Assembly (NCBI GenBank): GCA_964270895.1
Contig: OZ185439.1
Source of the DNA: Podarcis filfolensis
Taxonomy: Eukaryota
Direction: 5' to 3' (one strand)
DNA: 64,000 bases
Shown: in pieces, positions 27,111 to 39,150 of the stretch
Layout of the letters: each line of letters opens with the position of its first letter
How positions within the stretch are numbered: the first letter of the stretch is position 1
The notes under the pieces: generated by a model
The model's input: only the letters and a program-made list of their open reading frames with translations
Told to the model about the DNA's origin: nothing
The model's database searches: none
Translations under genes and position numbers: made by a program

Positions 27111-27409
27111 AAAACAGCCCTCCATGGAAGGCTGTTTTCAAGCCTCGTCATGTATGGGGTGATTTGCAGCCAGAATCAGGGTACAAAGGAAGCAGAAGAT
27201 TACCCTTCCTTCACCAGGTACAACTGCTTCCTGAAAGTGGCCTCTGCACAGCAATTCGGTTTGAAAATAGCCTCTCACTGACTCCCATGGGAGGCTGCTT
27301 TCCAGCTTAATTTCTCTGGGGAGGAGGGTCCAGGACTTGGGCCAGATGTGGAGGCTGCATGAGCTGCATTTGGCTCATGGGCCAGCAGTTTCCCATCCCT
27401 GGAACATAA

Positions 27410-27720
27410 GCACATAGGAAACTGCCTATATTGAGTTAAACCATTGGCCCATCTACCTCTACCTATTGTCTACTTCAGTGTTTCCCAAACTGTTTTTGGA
27501 CTACAACTCCCATCATCCCTAGACAGTGGTCAGAGATAATTGGGAATCGTAGTCCAAAAACAACTGAAGACTAAGTTGGGGAAACACTGGTCTACATTGA
27601 TTGGCAGTGGCTCTCCAGGATTTCAGGCAAGGGGGATTCCCGACCCTACCTGGAGATGCCAGAAGAGGACCTTCTGTGTCTAAGGCAGATGCTCAACCAC
27701 GGAGTTACTGCTCTTCCCCT
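27410..27720 (-). mobile_element. tRNA-headed SINE (same family) split by a MITE
   Basis: Similar to the reverse complement of 32409-32592; interrupted at 27476-27589. Confidence 0.65.
27476..27589. mobile_element. hAT MITE
   Basis: TIRs CAGTGTTTCCC / GGGAAACACTG; TSD GTCTACTT / GTCTACAT (7/8). Confidence 0.85.
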
Positions 27721-27894
27721 GGTCTAAGGCATGTACCTAGGATGCCACTGCCCAAGACCAAATTTGAACTGGAGAACCTGTGATAGAAGGCTTCTGCTCA
27801 CTCTTTATCCTAAGTAATCAAGTTCTGCTAAAACTAAGGGTGTGCCATGTACAAGCTGGTTTCAAATTGCAACCAAGGTCTGAAGATATTCACT

Positions 27895-27950
27895 TCTCTC
27901 TCCCTCTCCCTCTCCCTCTCCCTCTCCCTCTCCCTCTCTCTTCCTCTCTC
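27895..27950. repeat. (CCCTCT)n/(CT)n polypyrimidine repeat
   Basis: Read directly. Confidence 0.9.
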
Positions 27951-30146
27951 TTTTAACCAGAAACCTTTTAAAAATGAAAACCACTTTACTTCCTGCAGCG
28001 TTTCATAAAAAATCTGCTTCAAAATAGCTCCCAGTAGAAATACTTATGATGGGTCCAGGGAGGGGTATGTGTGTTTCACTTTTTTACTGACTGGCAAACA
28101 TAAGCAGTGAGACAGAAAGACACTGTTCCACTCATTGCTGTCTAGGGAGAAATCTCAAGCTGTTAAGTGTCTGAGCCATGTACACTCTCTCTCCTACACT
28201 CCTCCTACACATAGGGAAGCAATGAATAAACTGGACCGAACTACATTGGAAAATGGGACCTCCCTGACCTAGCAATCCATCACCCATTTCAATCGGAGCC
28301 AATGGCCAAAGAAATGAAATCTATACGAGTTTACTAGTTAGTTTCACAAAGCACTGAGGAGGAGGAGAGGGGGAGGAAGCAGAACAGGACACAGTAGGAG
28401 GTGAGATGCACTGTCAGAGCTCAAGTCTTTTACCATGTTGAAATGCCCTCATAGAAACTAATGGGAAAACAGAGATGTTGTCCAGGATGCTGTTTTTACC
28501 TGAGTCTGTGTCCCAGTTCACTACTGGATGCACCTCAGCAGCCATCTAGATCCTTAGATTTGCTCCTGCTTTTTCAGCTACTTGCCATAAGAGCAACAAG
28601 CACCACACAGCAGTAAAGATATATGCCTTAAGTTCACTGTTGCTGGCTTGGTTTGCAGTTAATGGTAAGCCAGAGCATGGCTTACCATTACTGTGTGAAT
28701 GTGCCGTCTCCTCCAGACTTTTTAATTTAGCAGAATGACAGTAAAGTCAAGTGTTGGCTTAGCATGTCTTCTGACCATGGGGTCATGGTGAAGGTCTCTT
28801 CTCCTTAACCAGACTATGTTGCAAGAACAGACCTTGGCTACAGATTGTGGCTGAGGAAGAGAGACCCGAACCACAATCCTGGGTTCAGATGGCACACTAA
28901 TACAGTCCTTGCATTAGTTATAGTGCTGAGCTACAGGAGCAAAGCAGGTATGAGTTCTTCTCTGGGAGTGGACACATTTAGTCATGGTTTGGCTTAGCAT
29001 GATGTGCAACTGTGGTTGTCATCTTTGCAGAGAGAGATGTTTTGAGAACCAGGAGTATACGAGGGCTTTTCCATGGTGGTAAAATGTTGCCTCATTTATT
29101 TGCACTAAGGCTGCAAGGCTATCAACAACTGCTAGGGAGCAAGTGTCCGCTTGGACACAGTGGGATTTGCTTTTGATTAAATATGCTGCGGATTGGGCTG
29201 TTAAGCAAATAAGCGAAGGGTGAACTTTTTTTTGTTTAATCCCAAATCACTCTCTTCTAAAGACTCAGAAGCCCTGAAGCACTCCTGATGCAGAAGCTGT
29301 TTTGCTGACAGTTGTACAGTATATCATGTGTTGTAGCAGAAGCTTCCCTTTACTTTTCCACTTTAAATTATTTAACAACATTTTATGCTCTATAATTTTA
29401 TGCTTGCTCTTATTACCACAGAGCTAGACAGCAAGTCAATAAGAGCCAAGTCCCACTTTTTCTTTCTTTGCGGTTTTCAGTCTGCTCCGCTGTACAGCCC
29501 CTCCATTTGCTGGCATGAACTCGCATTCCTCCTCCCGAGAGAGGCATCGCATTCTGACCCCCTTTCTTTTCCTTTAGTGCTTTCTCAAACAGCCAAATCA
29601 GCACGAAATTGCTGGAGGAAGCTACAACGCAGCAAGCAGAGCTGGGGGTGGGGATCTTGCCTGCGGCCCAGCCATCAGGGACCAGAGTGGCACTAGGAAT
29701 GTGAGAAGACACTGAAGTATACTTCATCGAAGCAGGGGAAGGGCATGCAGCCTTGCTGTGGTAAATACTGCAGTCTGGTGCACTTGCTGTCCTCTGGGGT
29801 GCTGAGGTAATCAATGCTGATCCCATCATTCCTTCACATACAGTTGCTATGGTAACAGCCCCACAGGTGTGAAAAAGGAAGCAGCAGCATCTTCTTTCCC
29901 CTTGGTTCCCTCACCATCCTCCTCTCTGAGGCAGCCCAACAGAACACTCATCTTGTAAGACCTGAGGAGAGGAAGGTGGGAGTCTGAGCGATGGGCTGGG
30001 CCCAGGGATGGAGCAAGCTGGAAGATGCAGCTGGATGAGCGTTCACAGCTGCAAGACTATTTTTCAAAAATGGGGTGGGAAGGAGGATGGTCCTACAGGA
30101 AGCAGTCTGGCAACCCCACCTTCAAATGGCAAGAAAGTGTGTGGAG

Positions 30147-30271
30147 CAGGCTTCCTCAAACTTGGCCCTCCAGATGTTGGCCTACAACTCCCATGATCCC
30201 TAGCTAGCAGGTCAGGGATGATGGGAACTGTAGTCTCAAAACATCTGCAGGGGCGAGTTTGAGGAAACCTG
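30147..30271. mobile_element. hAT MITE
   Basis: TIRs CAGGCTTCCTCAAACT / AGTTTGAGGAAACCTG; perfect TSD GTGTGGAG. Confidence 0.88.
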
Positions 30272-30739
30272 GTGTGGAGGATGTCTAAATTGAACGCGTC
30301 GCAAAAGAAGGGACAGATTTCATCCTCCCCGCCATTTTCTCTCCCCATCCCTCTGATCTTTGCTGCTTTGAAAACAAAGGAAGAGTCATTGAGATAAATT
30401 GGACCCATGGGACCGATAAATATTTTGACATGTGTCTGCAGGCACACATGTGTCCACAGTGGCAGATGTTTCGCCAGGGTCCCATCTGCCCACTGAAATT
30501 AGCCTGGAAAGAAGCCTTCTTTAGCCAACTGCATTGCAGAGGCAGTTACAGGGGTGCTACAGCTGGGGAAGGGAGTTGTGCCATGTTTGCAGTGCCCACA
30601 ACAACTTCTCCGATTTGCAAATGTGCCCATGGTTGGCAAGCCCCTTTTTAGGCCTTTGGGTTTAGAATATTTTTCTTTGCTACTCACTGTGAAAGAGTAG
30701 GCCACTACATTTATTTGAATTTTGCACTATTTCAGGTCA

Positions 30740-31075
30740 AGTAAGAAAGTAAGAAAAGCCTAATGGATCAGGACAATGGTCCTTCTAGCATAGCATCCTG
30801 TTCTCACAGTGGCCAACCAGATGCCTATGGAAAGTCCGCCTATTTAAAGGAAGTGAGGGCAAGAGTAGTCTCCCCTCCTGCAGTTCCCAGCAACTGACAT
30901 TCAGAAGAATGCTGCCTCTGATTTCAGAAGAATGCTGCCTCTGAAGGTGGAGTGGCCGCCATGGCTAGTGGCCATTGAGAGCCTTTACCTGATTGTCTTT
31001 CAAAACCATCCAAGTTGGTGGCCATCACTGCCACCTGTAGGAGAGTGTTCCATGGTTTAACTATGACTGGCAGGA
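30740..31075 (-). mobile_element. CR1 LINE 3' end
   Basis: Minus strand encodes IVKPWNTLLQVAVMATNLDGF (CR1 ORF2 C-terminus-like), then a 3' UTR with a CTTA-type tail; internal 23-bp tandem duplication at 30900-30944. Confidence 0.75.
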
Positions 31076-31434
31076 ATTTTTTCTGTCAGCCTACAATGGA
31101 CTGGACTATGCTGACCAGAAGGTGCTCTCCAACATTTCCAGCAGGAATCTTTCCCAGCCCTATCTTAATTGAATTGAGACTGTTTTGCAAGCAAAATATG
31201 TACAATACCCCTAAGCCATGGTCACTCTTATAGGCAGATACAGTAAAGGCTTCTGAGATGATTCACATTTTGGTCATTTCAACTGTTGTGCCACACTCAA
31301 ATTCTACATTCCCAATGTATTGGCCACAGTACTGATGTACAAAATGAAATCACGGATCTGGTGATCCCCGTGAAGTGGCCTTGTAATTCCTGTTCAGCAG
31401 CGCATAGACACTGAAGAGGACTATGGCTGCCGCG

Positions 31435-31469
<35 letters not shown>

Positions 31470-32039
31470 TACACTAACATAAAGCATGCTGAACCAAAAT
31501 AAGCAGGACATTGGATTGGGAGCTTGGAACTTTTGAAAGGCTAACTTTAAAACCAGCTTTCCTGCATAGATGACTGGGGCTGTCATAAATTCCAACAGCT
31601 ACCATGTCACACAACTCAACCCTGAAATGCTAACATTTTTCAGAATTTCAAAGTTCAGTGCAGAAAGATCCCATTTCAAAGTAAAACAGACCAGACTGTG
31701 TCACTCAAACAGGCAGAGAGATGACAGGTAACTTCCAGTAATGAGTACAAGTTGAATATTGTCCCTTCCAACTCTACAGTTCTATGATTCCATTCAGAAT
31801 TCAGAAACCAGCTTGTACAGCTGGTTGCGGGGAGGTTCAGGCCCATGAAGGAGGTGGGCAAAAGGCACCCAAGCACCAGATGTTGACTCACTGGCCTGGA
31901 GCCTGCTATCATGTCAGGTACCCTGTTTCATTGGAGCTTCAGGAGCTCTCACATGTCTTATTCTCAATGCCAGCTATAGAAAGAAGCTGTGCCAGGACTT
32001 CCCGATTTAATTTTGTATTCACTCATTCATCCTCTCACA

Positions 32040-32175
32040 TTTATAGCCCACCTTTCTTCCATCCCCAAGGTGGCATCCATGTGGTTCCCAGGTAGTCATC
32101 TCCCCACCCACTGACAAGATCCAGACCTGCTTAGCTTCTGCAAGGTGGTGGCCTCATGAGCCTTCAGACCATACC
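32040..32175 (-). mobile_element. 5S-rRNA-headed SINE-like repeat with L2/MIR-type tail (copy 2)
   Basis: Minus strand GAAGCTAAGCAGG...CCTGGGAA resembles the 5S internal control region; tail GAAAGGTGGGCTATAAATG. Confidence 0.55.
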
Positions 32176-32408
32176 TTGGGGCCAGACTCTCTTTACTTTG
32201 CCTTCTTGAGTAGGGAAAAGCTTGGAAAAGTGGTTTCAGAAAAGAGAAAATGATGTCCCATGCAATGTGAGAGATAGGGGGGAGAATTTAGGATGGGTGG
32301 TGATGAGATCAACAAATGGGCACCAATATATCAGGATGTGAGATGTTTAGAGGCCAACTGAGATCACCATTCCATATTTGCTTCAGGATCCAACCACACT
32401 TGCTGTGG

Positions 32409-32592
32409 GAGGGGTCACAGCTCAGTAATAGATGATATGCTTTGTATGCAGAAGATCCGAGGTTCAATCTCCAGCATCTCCAGGGAGGGCTAAACAAGAC
32501 TCATGTCTGAACCGCTGAAATACCACTGTCAGTCATTGTAGGGATTATTGAACTAGATGGACCAATGGTATATGGCAGCTTCCTTTGCTCCT
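32409..32592 (+). mobile_element. tRNA-headed SINE (Squam2-like, name tentative)
   Basis: A-box CAGCTCAGTAATAG, B-box GGTTCAATCTC, tail GGCAGCTTCCTTTGCTCCT. Confidence 0.7.
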
Positions 32593-32725
32593 TCCCATGT
32601 GAAAATAGCCTCCTCCAACACCTCATCCATGGTACTAAGGGCTTCTAAAATCCTGCCTTTCTAACTTCTAATGAAAGAGAGAGTGATTTAGAGAATATGA
32701 GAATGCTGCCAACAGAGATTGTCTA

Positions 32726-33089
32726 AAAAGGTAAAGGTAAAGGTACCCCTGCCCGTACGGGCCAGTCTTGACAGACTCTAGGGTTGTGCGCTCATCTCAC
32801 TCTAGAGGCCGGGAGCCAACGCTGTCCGTAGACACTTCTGGGTCACGTGGCCAGCGTGACGAAGCTGCTCCGGCAAACCAGCATCAGAGCAGCACACGGA
32901 ACGCCATTTACCTTCCCGCTATAAAGCGGTCCCTATTTATCTACTTGCACCCGGGGGTGCTTTCGAACTGCTAGGTTGGCAGGCGCTGGGACCGAGAAAC
33001 AGGAGCACACCCCGCCGCGGGGATTCGAACCGCGACCATGCGATCGGCAAGTCCTAGGCGCTGAGGTTTTACCCACAGCGCCACCCGCA
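32726..33089 (-). mobile_element. Young Sauria SINE flanked by a perfect 58-bp direct repeat
   Basis: Identical 58-mer at 32668-32725 and 33090-33147; many CpGs intact in the SINE body. Confidence 0.95.
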
Positions 33090-34295
33090 CTAATGAAAGA
33101 GAGAGTGATTTAGAGAATATGAGAATGCTGCCAACAGAGATTGTCTAGCCTAGCCTATTTTGGATCCACCAGTCTGCACCTATTAAAAAATGAATATGGA
33201 ACTCGGGCTGCAAGCTGAATTCCAGCTAAAAGCTTAAATCAAATATTTACCCTCTATAGACTGCACTTAGATTGAAACAACTACATATTGATGAGGAAAT
33301 TATTCCTGTTCTACAGACAAAAGAGAAAGCATTGGGAATATTAAGCCTCACGTTCATGTTACAAATCACAATTGCCTACTGCTTGCCTGTACTCTTGCTA
33401 ATTTGACCCAGTCCTGCCCGCAATTATTAAATGTCATTTGATCAGCAGGTTTAGGAACAAAGCCAGGTGAAAAATGGATTTGAGATATTAATACTTGATT
33501 GCCTTATAATTTGTTGACGAAGCTATAATCCATTTCAGTGTTGATCCCTGCAATCAAGTGTTAAAATGTGGTAAATATTATAGCTGTGCAGATAAATTCA
33601 TGTTGAGAATTCTAGGGATCTCCAAATGGAGTAAGTGGGCAACAACACAGCAGAAGGGGGTTAAATGTACATAAGTGGAAAGTGATCCTCATAGGGCCAA
33701 AAAGCCTAGTTTTGCGCACTGGCAGTGATGACAAACCAAGTTAACAAATATTGGGGTCACAGTGCATAGCTCTCTGATAGCCCCGCTCCCTGATGATGAT
33801 GATGGTGGTGGTGGTGGTGGTGATGTATATGCCAGCCCTGGTTTCAGTGTCTCCTGTCCCCTGACCTCAAGTGTTGAGTGACAGGGTCTGTAGAAGGCAT
33901 CTTCAGGTGTTTGGCTGAACTCAGTTAGAGTCCTCTATGCAGTAGGGAAAACAGGGCAGGATTCTATAGAGGATTCTTAGTATGTTTCACTGAATGCATG
34001 AAGATTCACCCTTTGGTTTTTCCTGCTCAATGTTTAACCGGGTTAGAGTCAGCAGGCACATCAGCACCCCTGCAACACCCTGCACATGTTCTTTGAACAT
34101 GTGGAGGGGGAAAAGTCTGAAGGTGCCTTATAGTGGTTTATGAAATCATACATAGACAAAATGCATAGAGATAACAATCTTTCTCCTCTACATCTCTCAT
34201 ACCTATGGAATTACTAATGGATTCAAGATAGTCAGGACTTCTTAACCTGGTGTACATATTTGTGGCCACAACAAATGGTGGTGGTCACTAGCTTA

Positions 34296-34664
34296 AAGGT
34301 AAAGGTAAAGGACCCCTGACAGTTAAGTCCTGTCGCAAACGACTCTGGGGTTGCGGCGCTCCGCTCACTTTACTGGCCGAGGGAGCAGGCGTTTGTCCAC
34401 AGACAGTTTTCCCGGGTCATGTGGCCAGCATGACTAAACCGCTTCTGGTGAACCAGAGCAGCACAAGGAAATACCATTTACCTTCCCGCCGGAGCAGTAC
34501 CTATTTATCTACTTGCACTTTGATGTGCTTTTGAACTGTTAGGTTGGCAGGAGCAGGGACCGAGCAACGGGAGCTCACCCTGTCACGGGGATTCGAACCG
34601 CCGACCTTCTGATTGGCAAGCCCTAGGCTCAGTGGTTTAGACCACAGCACCACCCGCGTCCCTT
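34296..34664 (-). mobile_element. Sauria SINE with 14-bp TSD
   Basis: TGGTCACTAGCTTA at 34282-95 and 34665-78. Confidence 0.92.
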
Positions 34665-34744
34665 TGGTCACTAGCTTAGGTGGGTTTATAAGGGGCATCA
34701 CAGAGCACAGCTCTATCCACAGCTACTAATCTTGACAGTTTTAA

Positions 34745-34935
34745 ATGCAGCCTCCTTGTTCAAAGGGCAACACGATGCTGAATACCATTTCCTGGAGAGA
34801 AACAACAGGAGAGGACTATTGCCTTCATGTCCTATTTGCAGGCTCCCTAGAGGCACCTGGTTTGTCACTCTGGAAAACAGGATTCTGGACTAGATGGGCT
34901 GTTGATCTGAGCCAGCAGGACTCTTCTTGTCTTCT
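34745..34935 (+). mobile_element. CR1 3' UTR fragment
   Basis: GGATTCTGGACTAGATGGG...GCCAGCAGGACTCTTCTT, similar to 5960-6148. Confidence 0.5.
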
Positions 34936-35769
34936 TTGATGTAGATTCCATTTTCAACAGAAGTATATTTTTCACAGAAACAGAATATATTTTCAATGCT
35001 GTAGAATTACACTGGCTTGGATCCAGATATTTCCCCGGCATGAATGGAAGGCAATTCCATTTGTTCAATGGAATCTTTGGATCCAAGCCAACATTTCATA
35101 TACATTGGAAAGAGGCGTCTCAAACTATTAGTGCAATCTCTGTGCAAGGGCAGAGATCACTCCCATACTTTTTAGGAATGATGCCAGTCTAGTTTTAATT
35201 GCCTGAGGTATTAAGGCTCTGGCATGGGCAGCTTTAGATCCAAGTTTTAGTTTCTATTCTGAGTATTTAATTCTGCTGCTGCCACCAGTTCCCCCATCCT
35301 AGAAATAGAGAGAAGTGGTGCATGGCCTTTGTCTATTTCTGCCACATATCTGCTTAGGAATACAGTGGGGAGAAGTGAGGGCCCAGGTACACAAACACAC
35401 AAAAGGCAGCCACTCTTATGAGGAAAGGAGAAGTCAGACAGGTCAAGATTTTCATTGTTAAATCTTCATCCTCTCTAACTCATGCCGCTGACAAAGGTCT
35501 GGCTCCACAAAGCAATTCAAAAACAGAATATTCCCACACTGCACTTAAGCTAAGGATGCTGAAAGAAACTGCAGCACCAGAAACTTAATGAGGGCAAAGC
35601 TGATTTCTGCTCCAGTGAAGAAATGAAACATTTTCTGTCTGGGTTTGCCTGGATAGATGGGACTGTATTTACTGGCCTTGACCTATGCCCAAGGATGAGA
35701 GAGAAATCTGATTCAGTTTGCATTTAAAGGCAAACCTACCTAATTGGTACCAGCCAAAACTAGGCTAAA

Positions 35770-36040
35770 GTGTCACACAAAAATTCATATATTAGTGAAA
35801 CCAACATAAAATACATCATATGGGGGGAAACTAATTTGTAAAAATGTGTATATTAGGTAGAATTGCATACAAAGATGTGTATGTTAGGAGAAACTCAGTC
35901 TAAAATACTGAAGAATTTTCATTAAGTCTTTTTTTTCCCTAAAAGGAATTGCAGATGGATGTGGAAATATGGAGAATGGAACTTAATACTGGAAAAATGA
36001 GAATGTGGGAGAAACCAAATTTGAGATAGTCATTCATCCC
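35770..36040 (+). repeat. AT-rich interspersed repeat of unassigned family; related inverted copy near 40095-40260
   Basis: Recurring AAAATGTGTATATTAGG / GATGTGTATGTTAGGAGAAA motifs, seen reverse-complemented at about 40105-40260. Confidence 0.5.
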
Positions 36041-39000
36041 TTCCTGTGCCTCAAGTCCACACTGACCAGGGTACCCTCAGCAGAAGTTGATTCATATGAG
36101 CATTTAACTCATGCAAGTAGACCTACTTGGAGGCATCTGAGCTGATAGAGGCATGAAGAATGAGGCAGCGGCAGCAAGTACAGACCCACTTCCTTCCTCA
36201 TGCAATTCTATTCACATGAGTACTTAACACTCAACTATGTATGGAATATAACTAGCCTATGCCACAATGCCTCCTGTAATTGAAATTCTTAATATATCTG
36301 ATTCTCAGTGGTGAGAAATTTATTTCCCCAAAGAATGTTGTAAAACATGTGGTCTAAATGTATGGCATTATATCCTGGCAATTTCTAATCTGAGGGAAAG
36401 AGCTTTGTCATAATGGTAATTATTTTTTATCAGTTTCATTATATGCTTAATGGGAAATAAAGGTGCAAATGTTCAAAGATAATTATACATATTGCCTAGT
36501 ATATACCAACTGTTGGTGACCTGGATTCCTGCTAGTACCTGCTTGGGAAACAGGTATCCATGGGAGGCAGTTAATGAAAACTGTTCCTTGTTACTTGTGT
36601 AAGATGCCAGAAGCCTTGAATCAGAGCCTTGGCAACACAGCACAGAAACCTTTGCTCCCTGCGCCACCATGGAAGAAGGAGCTATTGGTCTGCTCTTGGC
36701 TGCACTGTGTGATATGTCCAGATTTAGTACTACTGCCCTTCAGCAGACTTGAGGAACCAACAGGGGCCCAGCTGAGATATTGATCCTGGTTTGGTTCCTC
36801 AGTCTGAGTTGCCCCTGAGAGAAGATAATTTGGCCTGCCTGCTTCCTTACTTGCTCACTCCAGAACCTGACCAACAGCCTGTTTTCAACCACATCATATG
36901 CCTCTTACCAGTTTGGTTCTCATCTGCCTGCATTAAAACCAGGTCATTATTGAGCAATAGATATTATTTATGTAAACAGTTTTAATATGCCTGCATAGTG
37001 GCAAACATAGTATGTAATCTAAGCAACATACAATGACATTATAAAAGAATACAGTTTAATGACCTTTGAAAACAATAAGGCCAGTACACTCATAAAACAA
37101 AAATATGACAAAATGAAAGTAGCATTATCTCCACAGCCCAATCAAAATAATCTCATAAAAGCAGCAGAGAACAAGTTTGAAGGTTAATATGCATAGTAGA
37201 CACATGACCACAGCTCAGAGCAGCATCACTTCATTCCCACTTCATTCTGCTGTGTTTGTCTAGACCAAACGGTTGTAAAGGGAAGGAAGCAATGAAACTG
37301 AAGGAAATTGTGCTTGTCAACTCCAGATGTTTTTGTGTGATTGTAATATTACTCCACATGTGATCAGACTAAGAGGGGGAGGAGGAATGTTAAAGCTGCA
37401 AACTATATACCCACTCATCAGACAGCAAGTCTCATTTAAGTCAAAGGGACTTATATCTGAATAGGCACATTTGGTATTTTGCTGCTAGTTGCCTTGGGCC
37501 CTTGATCTGGCCGAGCCTATGTCTACATATCAGGTTTTCTCTTGCCATCATGTTATCAGGCTCAGTGTGACAAGATTTTTATTACAAATGATTATAAGAA
37601 AAGCAACCAGAACAAAGAACTTTGTTGTAGAATTTGAATTTCTGGGTTGCAGGATAGGATATTTTAGAATATAAATCCATGATCCGTGGTTTGAGACAAG
37701 TTAAAATCTTGTTTTTATTATGTATCCTACTTCAAGAAACCTAGTCTGAGTCCAAAAGCTAATAATCAATCAGCTGATTTATAGATCAAAGCACATTCCA
37801 CAGGGTCTGTTTCTGTTCGGAAAACAGCTTGCTTCAAGAACATGCGTGCCTGGGTAAAGCTTTTTGTGGATTGCGATGTTCCTCATTGTAATCTAGGCTT
37901 AAAATGAAAGACGACTGGGCCAAGAGAAGCCCTGAAGAACTAGGCTGTGGGAAGGATTAGCTATGTAATTTATATTCTGCTCTTCCAGCAAAAAGCTCAG
38001 AGCAGCTTACATGGGCCAGCAAGAAGTTTTTTATTCAGGTCCACGGGTGCTCATAGACCTTTTTTGGATTACTCTACACAGGAGTAGAAGACTGAATGGA
38101 AAGTATAGAACTTCTTCACTGCATAAACCGATGGCTCTAGGGCAGGGGTAGAGAACAATGTGGCCCTCCAAATCTTGCTGGGCTAGGTGAAGAAACTGTA
38201 TCTTTATGAGGAGAAATATATATGTAAGGATGTTTCTATGCTATAAAAACTGTTAGGTTTGTAAACAGTTAACTGTGTAAAAGGGGGGAAGTGGTCTTTT
38301 ACTTCTCTCTGAAGCAAGAGAGATATATTGTACTGCCAGGAAGCTGTGGAACTGATACTGTTGCTAATGAGGTGTCATTGTAACTTATGAGGTTTCAGCT
38401 GTAACAGTGGTAGAACTCATCTTTTATCTGAATCAGTAGAATCTAAAAGTTCAGGTTCTGACAAGTCCCTTTGTGGGCATTTCATTCAAACTTACTGGCC
38501 CATAGTTATAGGTCAATGGTATTTTGGAAATCCAGTGAGACCATAGCAATTGGTGAGAAAAGGAGGAAGCTCACCAGATGCCAGTGAAGGCCTATATTGG
38601 TGCCCCCAAGCTCTGAGCTTTCATGTTAATTTTCTGAGTCCCTCTAATGGGATCTTACACCTTGAAGCAGATATACAAATTGGGCTGTAATCAACTATTT
38701 CAACTCATGAGTCCTGCTAGCAGAAGCTAGTGCAAAGTCTTCTAGTAGTGCCATGGGGCTTTTTGTCCCCCCCCCTCTTCTCCCTGCATACCCCCATCAC
38801 CCCTCCTGCAAATTGGCTCGGGGGGATGAGGGGGAACCCATGGGGGGGGAGAGAAGGGAGATTGCTGCAGCTGGCAAGCTGATATGCTGATGGAAAGATC
38901 GCCTTAGAACTATGCTGAATTCCACCCATTGAAAAGAAAAGGGACAGGTTGGTGGTCCAGCAGTGAAACATCACACCACATGGTGATCCAGAGATGGAAT

Positions 39001-39095
39001 CCTCTACAATCTGATGGGTGGAGTAAGTAAAGCTCCATGCTCTTGCATTACACCAGGAATGGCTTCATTGTGTGGGTTCGTTTCTTTATGTACGG

Positions 39096-39107
39096 ATATA
39101 TATATAT

Positions 39108-39147
<40 letters not shown>

Positions 39148-39150
39148 CGT
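39096..39150. repeat. Compound microsatellite (AT)7(TG)15(CG)5
   Basis: Read directly. Confidence 0.95.

Noticed and set aside
32085-32150. 5S rRNA gene
   Set aside because: Only partial, diverged similarity, fused to a SINE-type tail.
32409-32480. tRNA gene
   Set aside because: A/B boxes are present, but there is no cloverleaf and it continues into a SINE body; the same applies to the other SINE heads.
38222-38463. Second solo LTR (TGTAAGG...TCTGACA)
   Set aside because: No TSD, no inverted termini and no clear poly(A) signal.
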